From Corynebacterium glutamicum ATCC 13032 (GTDB lineage Bacteria > Actinomycetota > Actinomycetes > Mycobacteriales > Mycobacteriaceae), in assembly GCF_000011325.1 (NCBI RefSeq), contig NC_003450.3, positions 3,277,402 through 3,309,401 on the forward strand: a DNA stretch of 32,000 nt, written 5' to 3'. Made by a program: the position numbers and the translations under genes. This document shows, one piece after another, positions 24,409 to 32,000 of the stretch (position 1 is the stretch's first letter; every line of letters starts with the position of its first letter). Under the pieces are notes generated by a model. That model did no database searches. It was given only the letters and a program-made list of their open reading frames with translations, and was not told the DNA's origin.

Positions 24409-25599
24409 GTGTCTAAAGTCCTGAGAGTTGGCGATCGCAGCCCGCGCGTGGCAGAAGTGCGCACTACGCTCGCTCGCCTCGGTGTGATTGAAGGCTATTC
24501 CAGGGAGATGTCTGCAAAGACAGAATCCCAGAAGTTCCACGAAGAAGAGACGCTTTTCGACGAAGAACTCAGCCTCAGCATCAAGTCATTCCAGCAAGCT
24601 CGAGGAGTCGTTCCCTCCGGGCTTATTGACGACCCCACCCTGCGCGCAATCCGCGAAGCCTCCTACACCCTGGGAACCCGCGTGCTGGCCTACCAGCCCG
24701 GCAACCAGCTTGTTGGTGACGACGTTGTAGAAATCCAATCCCATCTCCAAGAGCTCGGCTTCTACGCCGACCGTGTGGATGGACATTTTGGCGAGCTCAC
24801 ACACAAAGCTGTGATGAACTACCAACTCAACTACGGCATGCAGGTAGACGGCATCTGTGGCCCTGACACCATCCGTGCGCTGTCCCGACTTGGTCTGCGC
24901 ATCAAGGGTGGCTCTGCTCAAGCTATCCGTGAACGCGAACGCATGCGCAATGCAGGCCCACGTCTTGCTGGCAAGCGTGTGGTCATTGATCCTGCGCTTG
25001 GGGGCTCCAACAAGGGTCAGATCGTGAAAGGCCCCTACGGTGAGATCTCTGAGGAAGAAATCCTCTGGGATTTGGCCACCCGCCTGGAAGGTCGCATGAT
25101 CGCAACAGGCATGGAAACCATTCTGTCGCGCCCGCACATGGATGATCCCAGCAGCCGTGATCGCGCGTCGATCGCGAATGCTTTCGGCGCTGACCTCATG
25201 CTGAGCCTGCACTGCGATTCCTACCCGAATGAAAAAGCTAACGGCGTGGCCAGCTTCTACTTCGGTTCGGAAAACGGCACCAACTCCTTGACCGGTGAAA
25301 CGCTCTCCGCGTACATCCAAAAAGAGATCGTTGCCCGCACCCCACTGAACAACTGTGGCAGCCATGCCCGTACCTGGGATCTGCTGCGCCTCACGCGCAT
25401 GCCCATGGTGGAAGTTGTCACCGGTTACCTCACCAACCCCGATGACCTGGCAGTTCTGACTGATCCACAAATGCGTGATCACATTGCCGAAGCCATCGTT
25501 GTCGCCGTCAAGCGCCTGTACCTCCTTGATGAGGAAGCACAGCCCAAGACCGGAACCTTCAAGTTCTCTGAGCTGTTGCAATCAGAGCAGGCTGGCTAA
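24409..25599 (+). CDS. cwlM: CwlM-type N-acetylmuramoyl-L-alanine amidase homologue (two peptidoglycan-binding repeats + Amidase_3 domain)
   Basis: GTG 24409 with a GGAAGGAG ribosome-binding site (the track ORF starts at 24355). The PG-binding repeats are 'VAEVRTTLARLG' and 'VVEIQSHLQELGFYADRVDGHFG'. The amidase region is 'VVIDPALGGSNKG...LSLHCDS'. Confidence 0.85.
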   Translation: MSKVLRVGDRSPRVAEVRTTLARLGVIEGYSREMSAKTESQKFHEEETLFDEELSLSIKSFQQARGVVPSGLIDDPTLRAIREASYTLGTRVLAYQPGNQLVGDDVVEIQSHLQELGFYADRVDGHFGELTHKAVMNYQLNYGMQVDGICGPDTIRALSRLGLRIKGGSAQAIRERERMRNAGPRLAGKRVVIDPALGGSNKGQIVKGPYGEISEEEILWDLATRLEGRMIATGMETILSRPHMDDPSSRDRASIANAFGADLMLSLHCDSYPNEKANGVASFYFGSENGTNSLTGETLSAYIQKEIVARTPLNNCGSHARTWDLLRLTRMPMVEVVTGYLTNPDDLAVLTDPQMRDHIAEAIVVAVKRLYLLDEEAQPKTGTFKFSELLQSEQAG

Positions 25600-26216
25600 A
25601 TCGCGCCCATCTCTTGAAGGAGTCGCTGGGCATCCTTAGCTGTGAGCAGCACCGTTGCGGGTGGTAATTCCATCCGCAGACGGGGTAACACGGGATGGTC
25701 AGCAACCACTTCGAAACCGGCTGATTCTAACGCCTCCACATCAATCAGGCCGATTTCTAAACGCCTAGCTGCGATCGCATCCGCTTCTGTGTTTTCCGAG
25801 CGGTATCCAAACGCCTCAACGGCTGGGTAGTCGCGCCGAATGAGTTCCATGAGGGAAGCGTCGAGAAGCGCCGATTCCATGCCCGTGCCCCGGAAAACCT
25901 CGTCGATGAACAGGCTGCTGATGATCGCAGCGTCGCTAGACACCGGTGCCGTAGGCAGCGCCTTCGCGCCCGGGGCGGCATCGCGCTCGCAGAAAATGAC
26001 CGACGCCAACGCCGGAGTTCCATTGCGGTAACCAATGTTGAAACCGCAGGATTCATATTCCAGCAGCGTGGTGGACAGCCAGGCTTCCTTCTCAAACACC
26101 GGATCAGCTTTAGCTGCAACCTCAGGTGCGAGCTCCCAAAACACCGACTTGCGGGCCTGGGGGTGCAGGAAATCTATGTGTTCCTGCACGATCGGGAAAA
26201 GGGAAGCCTGGAGCAT
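25596..26216 (-). CDS. Conserved hypothetical protein (Rv3916c position), possibly acetyltransferase-like
   Basis: 206-aa track ORF, convergent with cwlM. Its stop codon overlaps the cwlM stop by 4 nt (CTAA). The fold assignment is a guess based on length and locus conservation. Confidence 0.6.
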   Translation of the reverse strand: MLQASLFPIVQEHIDFLHPQARKSVFWELAPEVAAKADPVFEKEAWLSTTLLEYESCGFNIGYRNGTPALASVIFCERDAAPGAKALPTAPVSSDAAIISSLFIDEVFRGTGMESALLDASLMELIRRDYPAVEAFGYRSENTEADAIAARRLEIGLIDVEALESAGFEVVADHPVLPRLRMELPPATVLLTAKDAQRLLQEMGAI

Positions 26217-26232
26217 GGCGCCAAACTTAAAA

Positions 26233-27372
26233 TTATTGGCCCTGGATCAAGGACATGATGCGCTCGAAATCATCCTTGTCGCCGAATTCCACCACGAGCT
26301 TGCCCTTCTTCTTACCCATCATCACCGAGACCTTGGTATCCAAATTATCCGCCAAGGACTCAGCCGCACGGGTAAAGACCTCAGGAGTTGCAGCCTTTTC
26401 GCGTGGCTTCTTCTCCTCATCCTGATCACCACGGTTGTGCAGCAGCACCAATTCCTCAGTAGCACGCACAGACAGGCCCTCAGCGATGATTCGGGTCGCC
26501 AGGGTGTCCTGAGCATCCTCGCCGGCCTTGAGCCCCAGCAATGCGCGTGCATGGCCTGCAGACAGCACACCGGCTGCCACCTTGGTCTGCACGTTGACTG
26601 GAAGGCCCAGCAGACGAATCATATTGGTGATTACCGGACGGGAACGGCCCAGCTTATCGGCCAGCTCTGCCTGGGTGACACCGAACTCCTCCAGCAACTG
26701 CTGGTAGGCGGCTGCCTCTTCCAAAGGATTCAGCTGCACCCTGTGGATATTTTCCAAAAGGGCGTCGCGCAGCATCGCGCTGTCTTCAGTTTCACGGACA
26801 ATCGCCGGGATAACCTCAAGGCCAGCTCGCTTGGATGCACGCCAACGACGCTCACCCATGATGAGCTCATAGCCATCCTCGGACCTGCGCACCACGATCG
26901 GCTGCATGAGGCCGAACTCGCTGATCGAATGCACCAACTCGTCAAGTGCCTGCGGATCAAACTCATGGCGAGGCTGCTGCGGGTTGGGGCGGATCTGCTC
27001 GATCGGGATCTCAAGGTAGGATGCGCCGAACTCAGACTGCTGTGCTGGCTGTGCCTGCGGCGCTTCCTGCTGTGCTGACTGCGTTGGAGCAGGAGCTGCT
27101 GGCTCTGGAACTACCTCTGGCTTTGTGGCCTCAGTGTGTTGTGGAGCGGCCTGCGCAGGAGCCTCAGGTGCAGGAGCTGCTGGTGTGGACTCACGCTTGG
27201 GAGCTGCAGCAGTACGCGCACCCACGGTACCGCCCAAAATGATGTCAGCCGCACCGCCACCAAGACCTGGGGAATTACTTGGTCCTGAGGGAATAAGTGC
27301 GGCCAGACCGCGCCCCAGACCGCCCTTACGCTTTTCCGTCTGGGACTTGTCGGAACCCTTGTTCTGAGCCAT
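26233..27372 (-). CDS. parB: Chromosome partitioning protein ParB
   Basis: '[11 protein letters not shown]' is the N-terminal box, '[13 protein letters not shown]' the ParB box, and '[22 protein letters not shown]' the HTH. ATG 27372 is preferred; GTG 27387 is the alternative. Confidence 0.95.
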   Translation of the reverse strand: MAQNKGSDKSQTEKRKGGLGRGLAALIPSGPSNSPGLGGGAADIILGGTVGARTAAAPKRESTPAAPAPEAPAQAAPQHTEATKPEVVPEPAAPAPTQSAQQEAPQAQPAQQSEFGASYLEIPIEQIRPNPQQPRHEFDPQALDELVHSISEFGLMQPIVVRRSEDGYELIMGERRWRASKRAGLEVIPAIVRETEDSAMLRDALLENIHRVQLNPLEEAAAYQQLLEEFGVTQAELADKLGRSRPVITNMIRLLGLPVNVQTKVAAGVLSAGHARALLGLKAGEDAQDTLATRIIAEGLSVRATEELVLLHNRGDQDEEKKPREKAATPEVFTRAAESLADNLDTKVSVMMGKKKGKLVVEFGDKDDFERIMSLIQGQ

Positions 27373-27431
27373 CGCTCTTAGACGCACCTTTCGTACAGCA
27401 CAACAATTAACGTATTCAAAGAAGTTTACTG

Positions 27432-28364
27432 CTATTTCGCAGGTTTTAGGCCGATCGGACCGGATTCATCGCTAGGCAAGTAATCGCCACGAGTGGCCAA
27501 TTCTTTAGCAGCATCCAAATACGCCATGGCGCCCCTGGAACCTGGATCATATTCAATGACAGTCTGCCCATAGCCAGGAGCTTCAGACACCTTCACTGAA
27601 CGTGGAATCTTGTTACCCAACACCACGTCACCGAAGTGATCATTAACCTCTGTGGCCACCTGTTCTGCGAGGTTGGTGCGGGCGTCATACATGGTCAGCA
27701 AGATCGCGGAAATATGCAGCTGGCGGTTCAGGTGCTGACGCAACATAGTGATGTTGTTCAGTAGCTGGCCCACGCCCTCCAGAGCGTAGTACTCACACTG
27801 GATCGGAATGAGCACTTCATTCACCGCGGTCATGGCGTTAATGGTGAGCAGACCCAAAGACGGTGGGCAGTCAATGATCATGTAATCAAAATCGTGCTTG
27901 TCAATGAACTCACGGCCCAACGCATCCGCCAAACGGTATTCGCGGCGGACCAAGCTGACCAATTCAATTTCTGCGCCAGCAAGATCCAGGGTTGCTGGAA
28001 TGCAGAAGAGGTTTTCGTTAGCTGTGGATGGCTGCATTGCTTCATCAGCAGTGCATTCACCGATCAGTAGTTCATAAGATGACAAGGTGCCAGAGCGGTG
28101 CTCGACACCCAACGCTGTCGACGCATTTCCCTGCGGATCCAAATCCACGACGAGAACTTTAAGCCCATGAATTGCTAAAGACGCAGCCAAATTCACCGTG
28201 GAGGTGGTTTTACCAACGCCGCCTTTTTGGTTGGCGATGGTAATTAGGCGTGGTTCTTTAGGTTTCGGCAACGTCAGGGAGTTGGGTGTCATCACCTGAG
28301 CTGCACGACGCGCCGCCGCAGCAATTGGTGTGTCTTCCCAAGTAGTGTCTTCCATCGACGTCAA
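27432..28364 (-). CDS. parA: Chromosome partitioning ATPase ParA
   Basis: Deviant Walker A '[10 protein letters not shown]'. '[13 protein letters not shown]' is also present. Sits directly upstream of parB. Confidence 0.95.
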   Translation of the reverse strand: MTSMEDTTWEDTPIAAAARRAAQVMTPNSLTLPKPKEPRLITIANQKGGVGKTTSTVNLAASLAIHGLKVLVVDLDPQGNASTALGVEHRSGTLSSYELLIGECTADEAMQPSTANENLFCIPATLDLAGAEIELVSLVRREYRLADALGREFIDKHDFDYMIIDCPPSLGLLTINAMTAVNEVLIPIQCEYYALEGVGQLLNNITMLRQHLNRQLHISAILLTMYDARTNLAEQVATEVNDHFGDVVLGNKIPRSVKVSEAPGYGQTVIEYDPGSRGAMAYLDAAKELATRGDYLPSDESGPIGLKPAK

Positions 28365-28460
28365 CCATCCCTATCTTCCTGTGCATGCGAATTCTTCATG
28401 CACACGTCATCGATTCCACATTAGTGCTTAACGCTGTACCCATTCCACCGAAGTGGATGG

Positions 28461-29090
28461 TTACTTTTCCCTGCGGATTGAAATAAGTGTTGTGGGCTCG
28501 CTCAACAGCGCCTCACCCACGGTATAAACCTTAATGTCAGTGCCGCCAGCCTTGCGGATTTCCTTGGCGTCACGCTCAATTTCTTCCTCAACGCTGGAGC
28601 CTTTCATGGCCACCATGCGTCCACCGATTTTCACCAGCGGCAACGACCAGGTCGCTAGCTTGCCCAGTGGAGCAACAGCTCGGGAGGTGACAATATCGAC
28701 CAATCCGACCTGCTTGCGCACCACTTTTTCCTCAGCACGACCACGAACGACGGTGACATTGTCCAAGTTCAGGGCTTCTTTTACCTCGTTGAGGTACACC
28801 GAACGCTTGAGCAATGGCTCAATGAGAGTGATGTTGAGATCTGGGCGTGCGATAGCAAGAGGAATTCCTGGCAGTCCCGCACCAGAACCAATATCTGCAA
28901 CAGAGATGCCCTCATCCATAGCTTCGCCGATGACACCACAGTTTAGAATGTGGCGATCCCACAGGCGGGGAACTTCACGGGGGCCGATGAATCCGCGGAC
29001 GGATCCATCTGTTGCCAAAGATTCATGATATGCAATGGCTTTTTCGAGGTTGTCCCCGAAAATTTCAGCGGCTGCTGGAGGCGTGGTCAT
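28461..29090 (-). CDS. rsmG: 16S rRNA (guanine527-N7)-methyltransferase RsmG (GidB)
   Basis: 209 aa from ATG 29090 (GAAGGGGA ribosome-binding site; the track ORF starts at 29132). The SAM motif is 'VADIGSGAGLPGIPLAI'. Confidence 0.9.
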   Translation of the reverse strand: MTTPPAAAEIFGDNLEKAIAYHESLATDGSVRGFIGPREVPRLWDRHILNCGVIGEAMDEGISVADIGSGAGLPGIPLAIARPDLNITLIEPLLKRSVYLNEVKEALNLDNVTVVRGRAEEKVVRKQVGLVDIVTSRAVAPLGKLATWSLPLVKIGGRMVAMKGSSVEEEIERDAKEIRKAGGTDIKVYTVGEALLSEPTTLISIRREK

Positions 29091-29227
29091 GAAAAAAGTC
29101 CCCTTCGGGCAAGATATCGAGCGGTACAACACTCAACTATAACGACTCAACTTAAGAAGCTTGAGTGTTGGCTGCCGAATGGTGCTTTTTAGCGTCGACA
29201 AGCGCTTAAAATGGCGCGCTGCAGGCA

Positions 29228-29268
29228 GCAAAAAACCGCCAGCCCTTAGTGCGTGGGCTGGCGGTTTT
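29228..29268 (-). terminator. Intrinsic terminator after yidC
   Basis: aaccgccagccc (29234-29245) and gggctggcggtt (29255-29266) form a perfect 12-bp stem. On the minus strand a T-run follows. Confidence 0.8.
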
Positions 29269-29278
29269 TAGTGAAGTT

Positions 29279-30232
29279 TTACTTCTTACGCTTCTTGGGG
29301 TTTTCTGGCTTCACGCCAGGCTTTGGAGCGGTAGTGCGCTTTGCTGCGCGCTTTTCCTCCTCCTCAGCTGCTTCCTCAGCGTCCATCTTGGCGAAGATGT
29401 AGCGCTGCTGGAAGAAGGTCCACACGTTGTTGGACATCATGTAGACAAGAAGACCGATGGTCCAGATGAAGCCGGTGAACAAAATGGTGGCTGGCATGAA
29501 CCAGAGCATCATCTTGTTCATCATTTGCATCTGCATGGCCATCTGATCGCTGGAAGCGGCCTGCTGCTTGCCGGCTGCCTTGCGAGCTTCCTGGCGGTTG
29601 ACGGACAGACGCGCGTTCATGTGAGTTGCCACGACAATGATCAAAATCATTGGAGCTGCAACCAGCGCGATGTTGAGGCGGGAGACATCCAGGCCAAGGA
29701 ACGCGTCGAACGCGTCAGCAGGCATGGTGATGTAGGACGACAGTGGCGCACCGAACAGGTCTGCACGCAGGAAGGACTGAACCTCGTCGACACCGAAGAT
29801 GTAGTTCGGGGTGTTCGCGTTTTGCTCAACGGTCATTTCCAGCTGGCCAACGCCAGAACCGGTGCGGTTGAAGGAGCGCAGCACGTGGAACAGACCCAGG
29901 AACACTGGGATCTGCACCAACATTGGCAAACAGCCTGCGATGGGGTTAACGCCCACTTCTTTTTGAAGTTTGCGGGTCTCCTCCATCATCTTCTGCTGGT
30001 CATTTTTGTACTTCTCGCGGATGGCCTGCATCTTTGGAGCCATGTCTTGCATCTTGCGCTGTGAACGCATGGTGTTGACCATCGGCTTGACCAGAACCAT
30101 ACGCACGGTGAAGGTCAAGAACATGATCGACAAGGCCCAGGTAATTCCGGAATCTGGGCTCAGCACAAAGCTGAACGCTTTATGCCAGAACCACAGAATG
30201 GCCGAAATTGGCCAATAAATGAAATTGAGCAC
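29279..30232 (-). CDS. yidC: Membrane protein insertase YidC
   Basis: 317 aa. 'MLNFIYWPISAILWFWH', 'NPIAGCLPMLVQIPVFLGLF' and the basic C-terminal tail are typical of Gram-positive/actinobacterial YidC. Confidence 0.9.
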   Translation of the reverse strand: MLNFIYWPISAILWFWHKAFSFVLSPDSGITWALSIMFLTFTVRMVLVKPMVNTMRSQRKMQDMAPKMQAIREKYKNDQQKMMEETRKLQKEVGVNPIAGCLPMLVQIPVFLGLFHVLRSFNRTGSGVGQLEMTVEQNANTPNYIFGVDEVQSFLRADLFGAPLSSYITMPADAFDAFLGLDVSRLNIALVAAPMILIIVVATHMNARLSVNRQEARKAAGKQQAASSDQMAMQMQMMNKMMLWFMPATILFTGFIWTIGLLVYMMSNNVWTFFQQRYIFAKMDAEEAAEEEEKRAAKRTTAPKPGVKPENPKKRKK

Positions 30233-30287
30233 TGTGAGTCGAAACTCCTTGGGATTAATAGGGACTATGTACTTGTTGGCAGGACTT

Positions 30288-30644
30288 CTATGTCACCGTT
30301 TCGGTGGACCAAAATCCATGGTTCGGCACCGGGTCGAATCCACCCGGATGCCAGGGCCCACATTTGGACAACCTTGCAGCGGAGAGAATAGTTCCCTTAA
30401 AAGCCCCATGAACTGAGACGGCTTTCAATGCATAGGTGCTGCAAACTGGATCAAAACGACAGGTGGAACCCATCTTAAGACCCGAAAGATACTTTTGGTA
30501 GAAGCGAACAGCAGAAGCTGCCGTCTTCGCCGGAATACTTTTCGGTTCTGGGATGTCGAAAGGATCATCACTTGTTGGTGCGCACACGGCTAGCTTTCCC
30601 CAACCCGTAGCGGATGTCTCGTTCAAGTTCCGCCGAGGTTGCAT
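30288..30644 (-). CDS. yidD: Membrane protein insertion efficiency factor YidD
   Basis: '[26 protein letters not shown]...HGAFKG' is the YidD/DUF37 signature. The start is uncertain: ATG 30644 (118 aa, overlapping rnpA) or GTG 30587 (99 aa). Confidence 0.8.
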   Translation of the reverse strand: MQPRRNLNETSATGWGKLAVCAPTSDDPFDIPEPKSIPAKTAASAVRFYQKYLSGLKMGSTCRFDPVCSTYALKAVSVHGAFKGTILSAARLSKCGPWHPGGFDPVPNHGFWSTETVT

Positions 30645-30969
30645 TCCCAGCCCCCGCCAACGCGCGGATCACCACGTGATGAGTGGGGGAGAGTAGCTCT
30701 GGTGATTTTTCTGCAATGCTTGCACAGATATGACGAAGCCGTCGGGAGGTGCGGTGACGAACCACCGCATTTCCGACGGCCTTAGAAACGACAAGGCCGA
30801 ACCGCGGACCACCGAATGAGGCGACTTCGCCCTGTTTTTCGGTGCCATCCAACGATTCGGCACTATCCCACAGGTGCACAACGACAGTTTTACTGCCAGC
30901 GCGACGCCCTTTCCTCATCACCGTGCGAAATTGCATGGAAGAGTTCAGCTTATGTTGCGCTGGAAGCAC
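30568..30969 (-). CDS. rnpA: Ribonuclease P protein component
   Basis: 133-aa basic protein. '[24 protein letters not shown]' is the RNR-type motif. Sits immediately downstream of rpmH. Confidence 0.9.
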   Translation of the reverse strand: MLPAQHKLNSSMQFRTVMRKGRRAGSKTVVVHLWDSAESLDGTEKQGEVASFGGPRFGLVVSKAVGNAVVRHRTSRRLRHICASIAEKSPELLSPTHHVVIRALAGAGNATSAELERDIRYGLGKASRVRTNK

Positions 30970-31008
30970 TGTTGCTTACACCTTATTTATTGTGGTGACG
31001 CTAAAAAA

Positions 31009-31152
31009 TTACGCGGTCAGCTTTGCGCGACCCTTGCGACGACGAGCCGCAACAATTGCACGACCTGCACGGGTACGCATACGAAGACGGAAACCGTGAA
31101 CACGTGCACGACGACGGTTGTTCGGCTGGAACGTCCGCTTGCCCTTTGCCAT
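31009..31152 (-). CDS. rpmH: 50S ribosomal protein L34
   Basis: 47 aa from ATG 31152: '[47 protein letters not shown]'. The track ORF 31009..31347 over-extends the N-terminus. Confidence 0.95.
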   Translation of the reverse strand: MAKGKRTFQPNNRRRARVHGFRLRMRTRAGRAIVAARRRKGRAKLTA

Positions 31153-31597
31153 GTGAAACACTCCTAAATATTTTGTTGACGGATCACCGGACACACCGGT
31201 TCTAGTGGACAAAGTGCGCGAAGATTTCCGCGCTAGCCCTATACCGGGGGAACGGATCACCCAACGTTGGATGATTTTTTTTGAGATTGCAGATTCGTGA
31301 ATGAAACCGCAGCAACGCTTTATGGAAAGTGTTGCTCTCAAGCACATTCGTTGCGCCTGGAAATTTGACCAAGAGGTTTGGACAAAGATCCGGGAGTCAC
31401 ACGATGTGACAGACTGGTTTAGCTTACGGGAAAACGACCTGCGAAAACAAATCTGTCCTTTGGCAATTCGGCGGGGGCACCCGTAATTACAAAGCTGGCA
31501 TTAAACACTGGTGAGAGGGCATATCGCCCGTCCAAACGCTTTTCGACGCCACCCTCCGGCAAACTCCACTCGGCAAAGAATTCACAGGGGTTGGACA

Positions 31598-31948
31598 TGT
31601 GGATTGAACTGCGGGTAACAATGAAAATTGCACACAGCATCAACAGCCTGTGAAAACTTCAACCTGTGGATAACAGGTAATGTTCACCTTGAGATCAAGG
31701 GAAACATTCAAATAACTGCAGGTGAGAGCGAATTTGAGGTTGATGCACATTTTCCACAGGTAGTGCGCTATCCTGTGGATAAACGTTTTTGGGAAAAGTT
31801 ATCCACAGCTGTGGACAACATTGTGGAAACAATGGTTATGGGCGTTTTTCGATGTGAATGGAGCTGTAGAAACATCGAGAACGCCCACGTGGATAACAAA
31901 GCGGAATTTTGCCCTGCTTTTTAGCTTCTCCGCCACCCTTCATCCACG
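31598..31948. promoter_or_regulatory. DnaA-box cluster in the rpmH-dnaA intergenic region (dnaA promoter/autoregulation region or part of oriC)
   Basis: Perfect TTATCCACA or its complement occurs at 31665-31673, 31774-31782 and 31799-31807. Variants are TTGTCCACA (31810-31818), GTTTCCACA (31822-31830), TTTTCCACA (31750-31758), TTATCCACG (31888-31896), CAATCCACA (31598-31606) and TCATCCACG (31940-31948). An isolated TTGTCCACT lies at 31204-31212. An AT-rich tract follows at about 31950-31985. Confidence 0.8.
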
Positions 31949-32000
31949 GCTGAATAAAATTATTTTTCGATAGTTTCGCCAAAAGGAGATACCTAACATA

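Noticed and set aside
24586-25581. 331-aa minus-strand ORF
   Set aside because: Antisense shadow of cwlM.
26035-27078. 347-aa plus-strand ORF
   Set aside because: Entirely antisense to parB, which has unambiguous ParB motifs. The composition (Leu/His/Gln/Arg-rich) is typical of a shadow frame in G+C-rich coding DNA.
29249-30064. 271-aa plus-strand ORF
   Set aside because: Antisense shadow of yidC.
31628-31924. 98-aa plus-strand ORF (also 31301..31486 and 31419..31643)
   Set aside because: It lies over the DnaA-box array in the rpmH-dnaA intergenic region, with no ribosome-binding site and no family resemblance. Most likely non-coding.
1-32000. parS sites (TGTTNCACGTGAAACA) expected near parAB
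   Set aside because: I scanned by eye for CACGTG, GTGAAAC and GTTTCAC contexts and found no 16-mer with more than about 10/16 matches. The best were within parB near 26781 and near 29885. A computational PWM scan would be needed to exclude weaker sites.
1-32000. CRISPR arrays, tRNA/rRNA genes, IS elements, integrases
   Set aside because: I saw no regularly spaced direct repeats, no cloverleaf-like or rRNA-like sequence, and no transposase or integrase motifs in any long ORF.

Overview
The window reads as the origin-proximal end of a Corynebacterium chromosome, C. glutamicum-like. That identification rests on gene order and protein sequences, not on a database search.

**Core block (about 11.5-32 kb).** This is the conserved actinobacterial gene set. 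In map order it is azlD-azlC-yqgE/algH-cca (all minus strand), a NUDIX gene, an Rv3909-like gene, murJ (mviN), sigM, trxB, trxA and cwlM (plus strand). Then come an Rv3916c-like gene, parB, parA, rsmG, yidC, yidD, rnpA and rpmH (minus strand). The window ends in a DnaA-box cluster, and dnaA presumably starts just past the right edge.

**Accessory region (1 to about 11.5 kb).** This region is mosaic.
- The largest gene in the window is an ORF of at least 1,402 codons on the minus strand (1-4208). The supplied ORF track misses it because it runs off the left edge. By motif order it is a single-chain Type ISP-like restriction-modification enzyme: Mrr nuclease, DEAH ATPase, NPPY adenine methyltransferase, then a specificity domain.
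- It has low G+C. Next to it lie a DUF4395 membrane protein, a decayed 3' fragment of a thiD paralogue, and a low-G+C alkyltransferase-like (Cys-less MGMT-fold) ORF.
- Two diverged thiD / small ORF / copZ-like modules carry the same TATACCC-N5-GGGTATA operator.
- Between the two modules sit a 5'-truncated MFS remnant, an orphan siderophore-binding lipoprotein with a DtxR-like box, a quinone oxidoreductase and a DUF1304 protein.

**Not found.** I saw no rRNA or tRNA gene, CRISPR array, transposase or integrase.

**Other points worth a second look.**
- A tandem hairpin repeat lies in the 427-bp cca/NUDIX divergent intergenic region.
- The NUDIX protein has a Gln/Asn-rich, poly-Arg N-terminal extension.
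- sigM has no adjacent anti-sigma gene.

All coordinates and motifs were read by eye. No searches were run.
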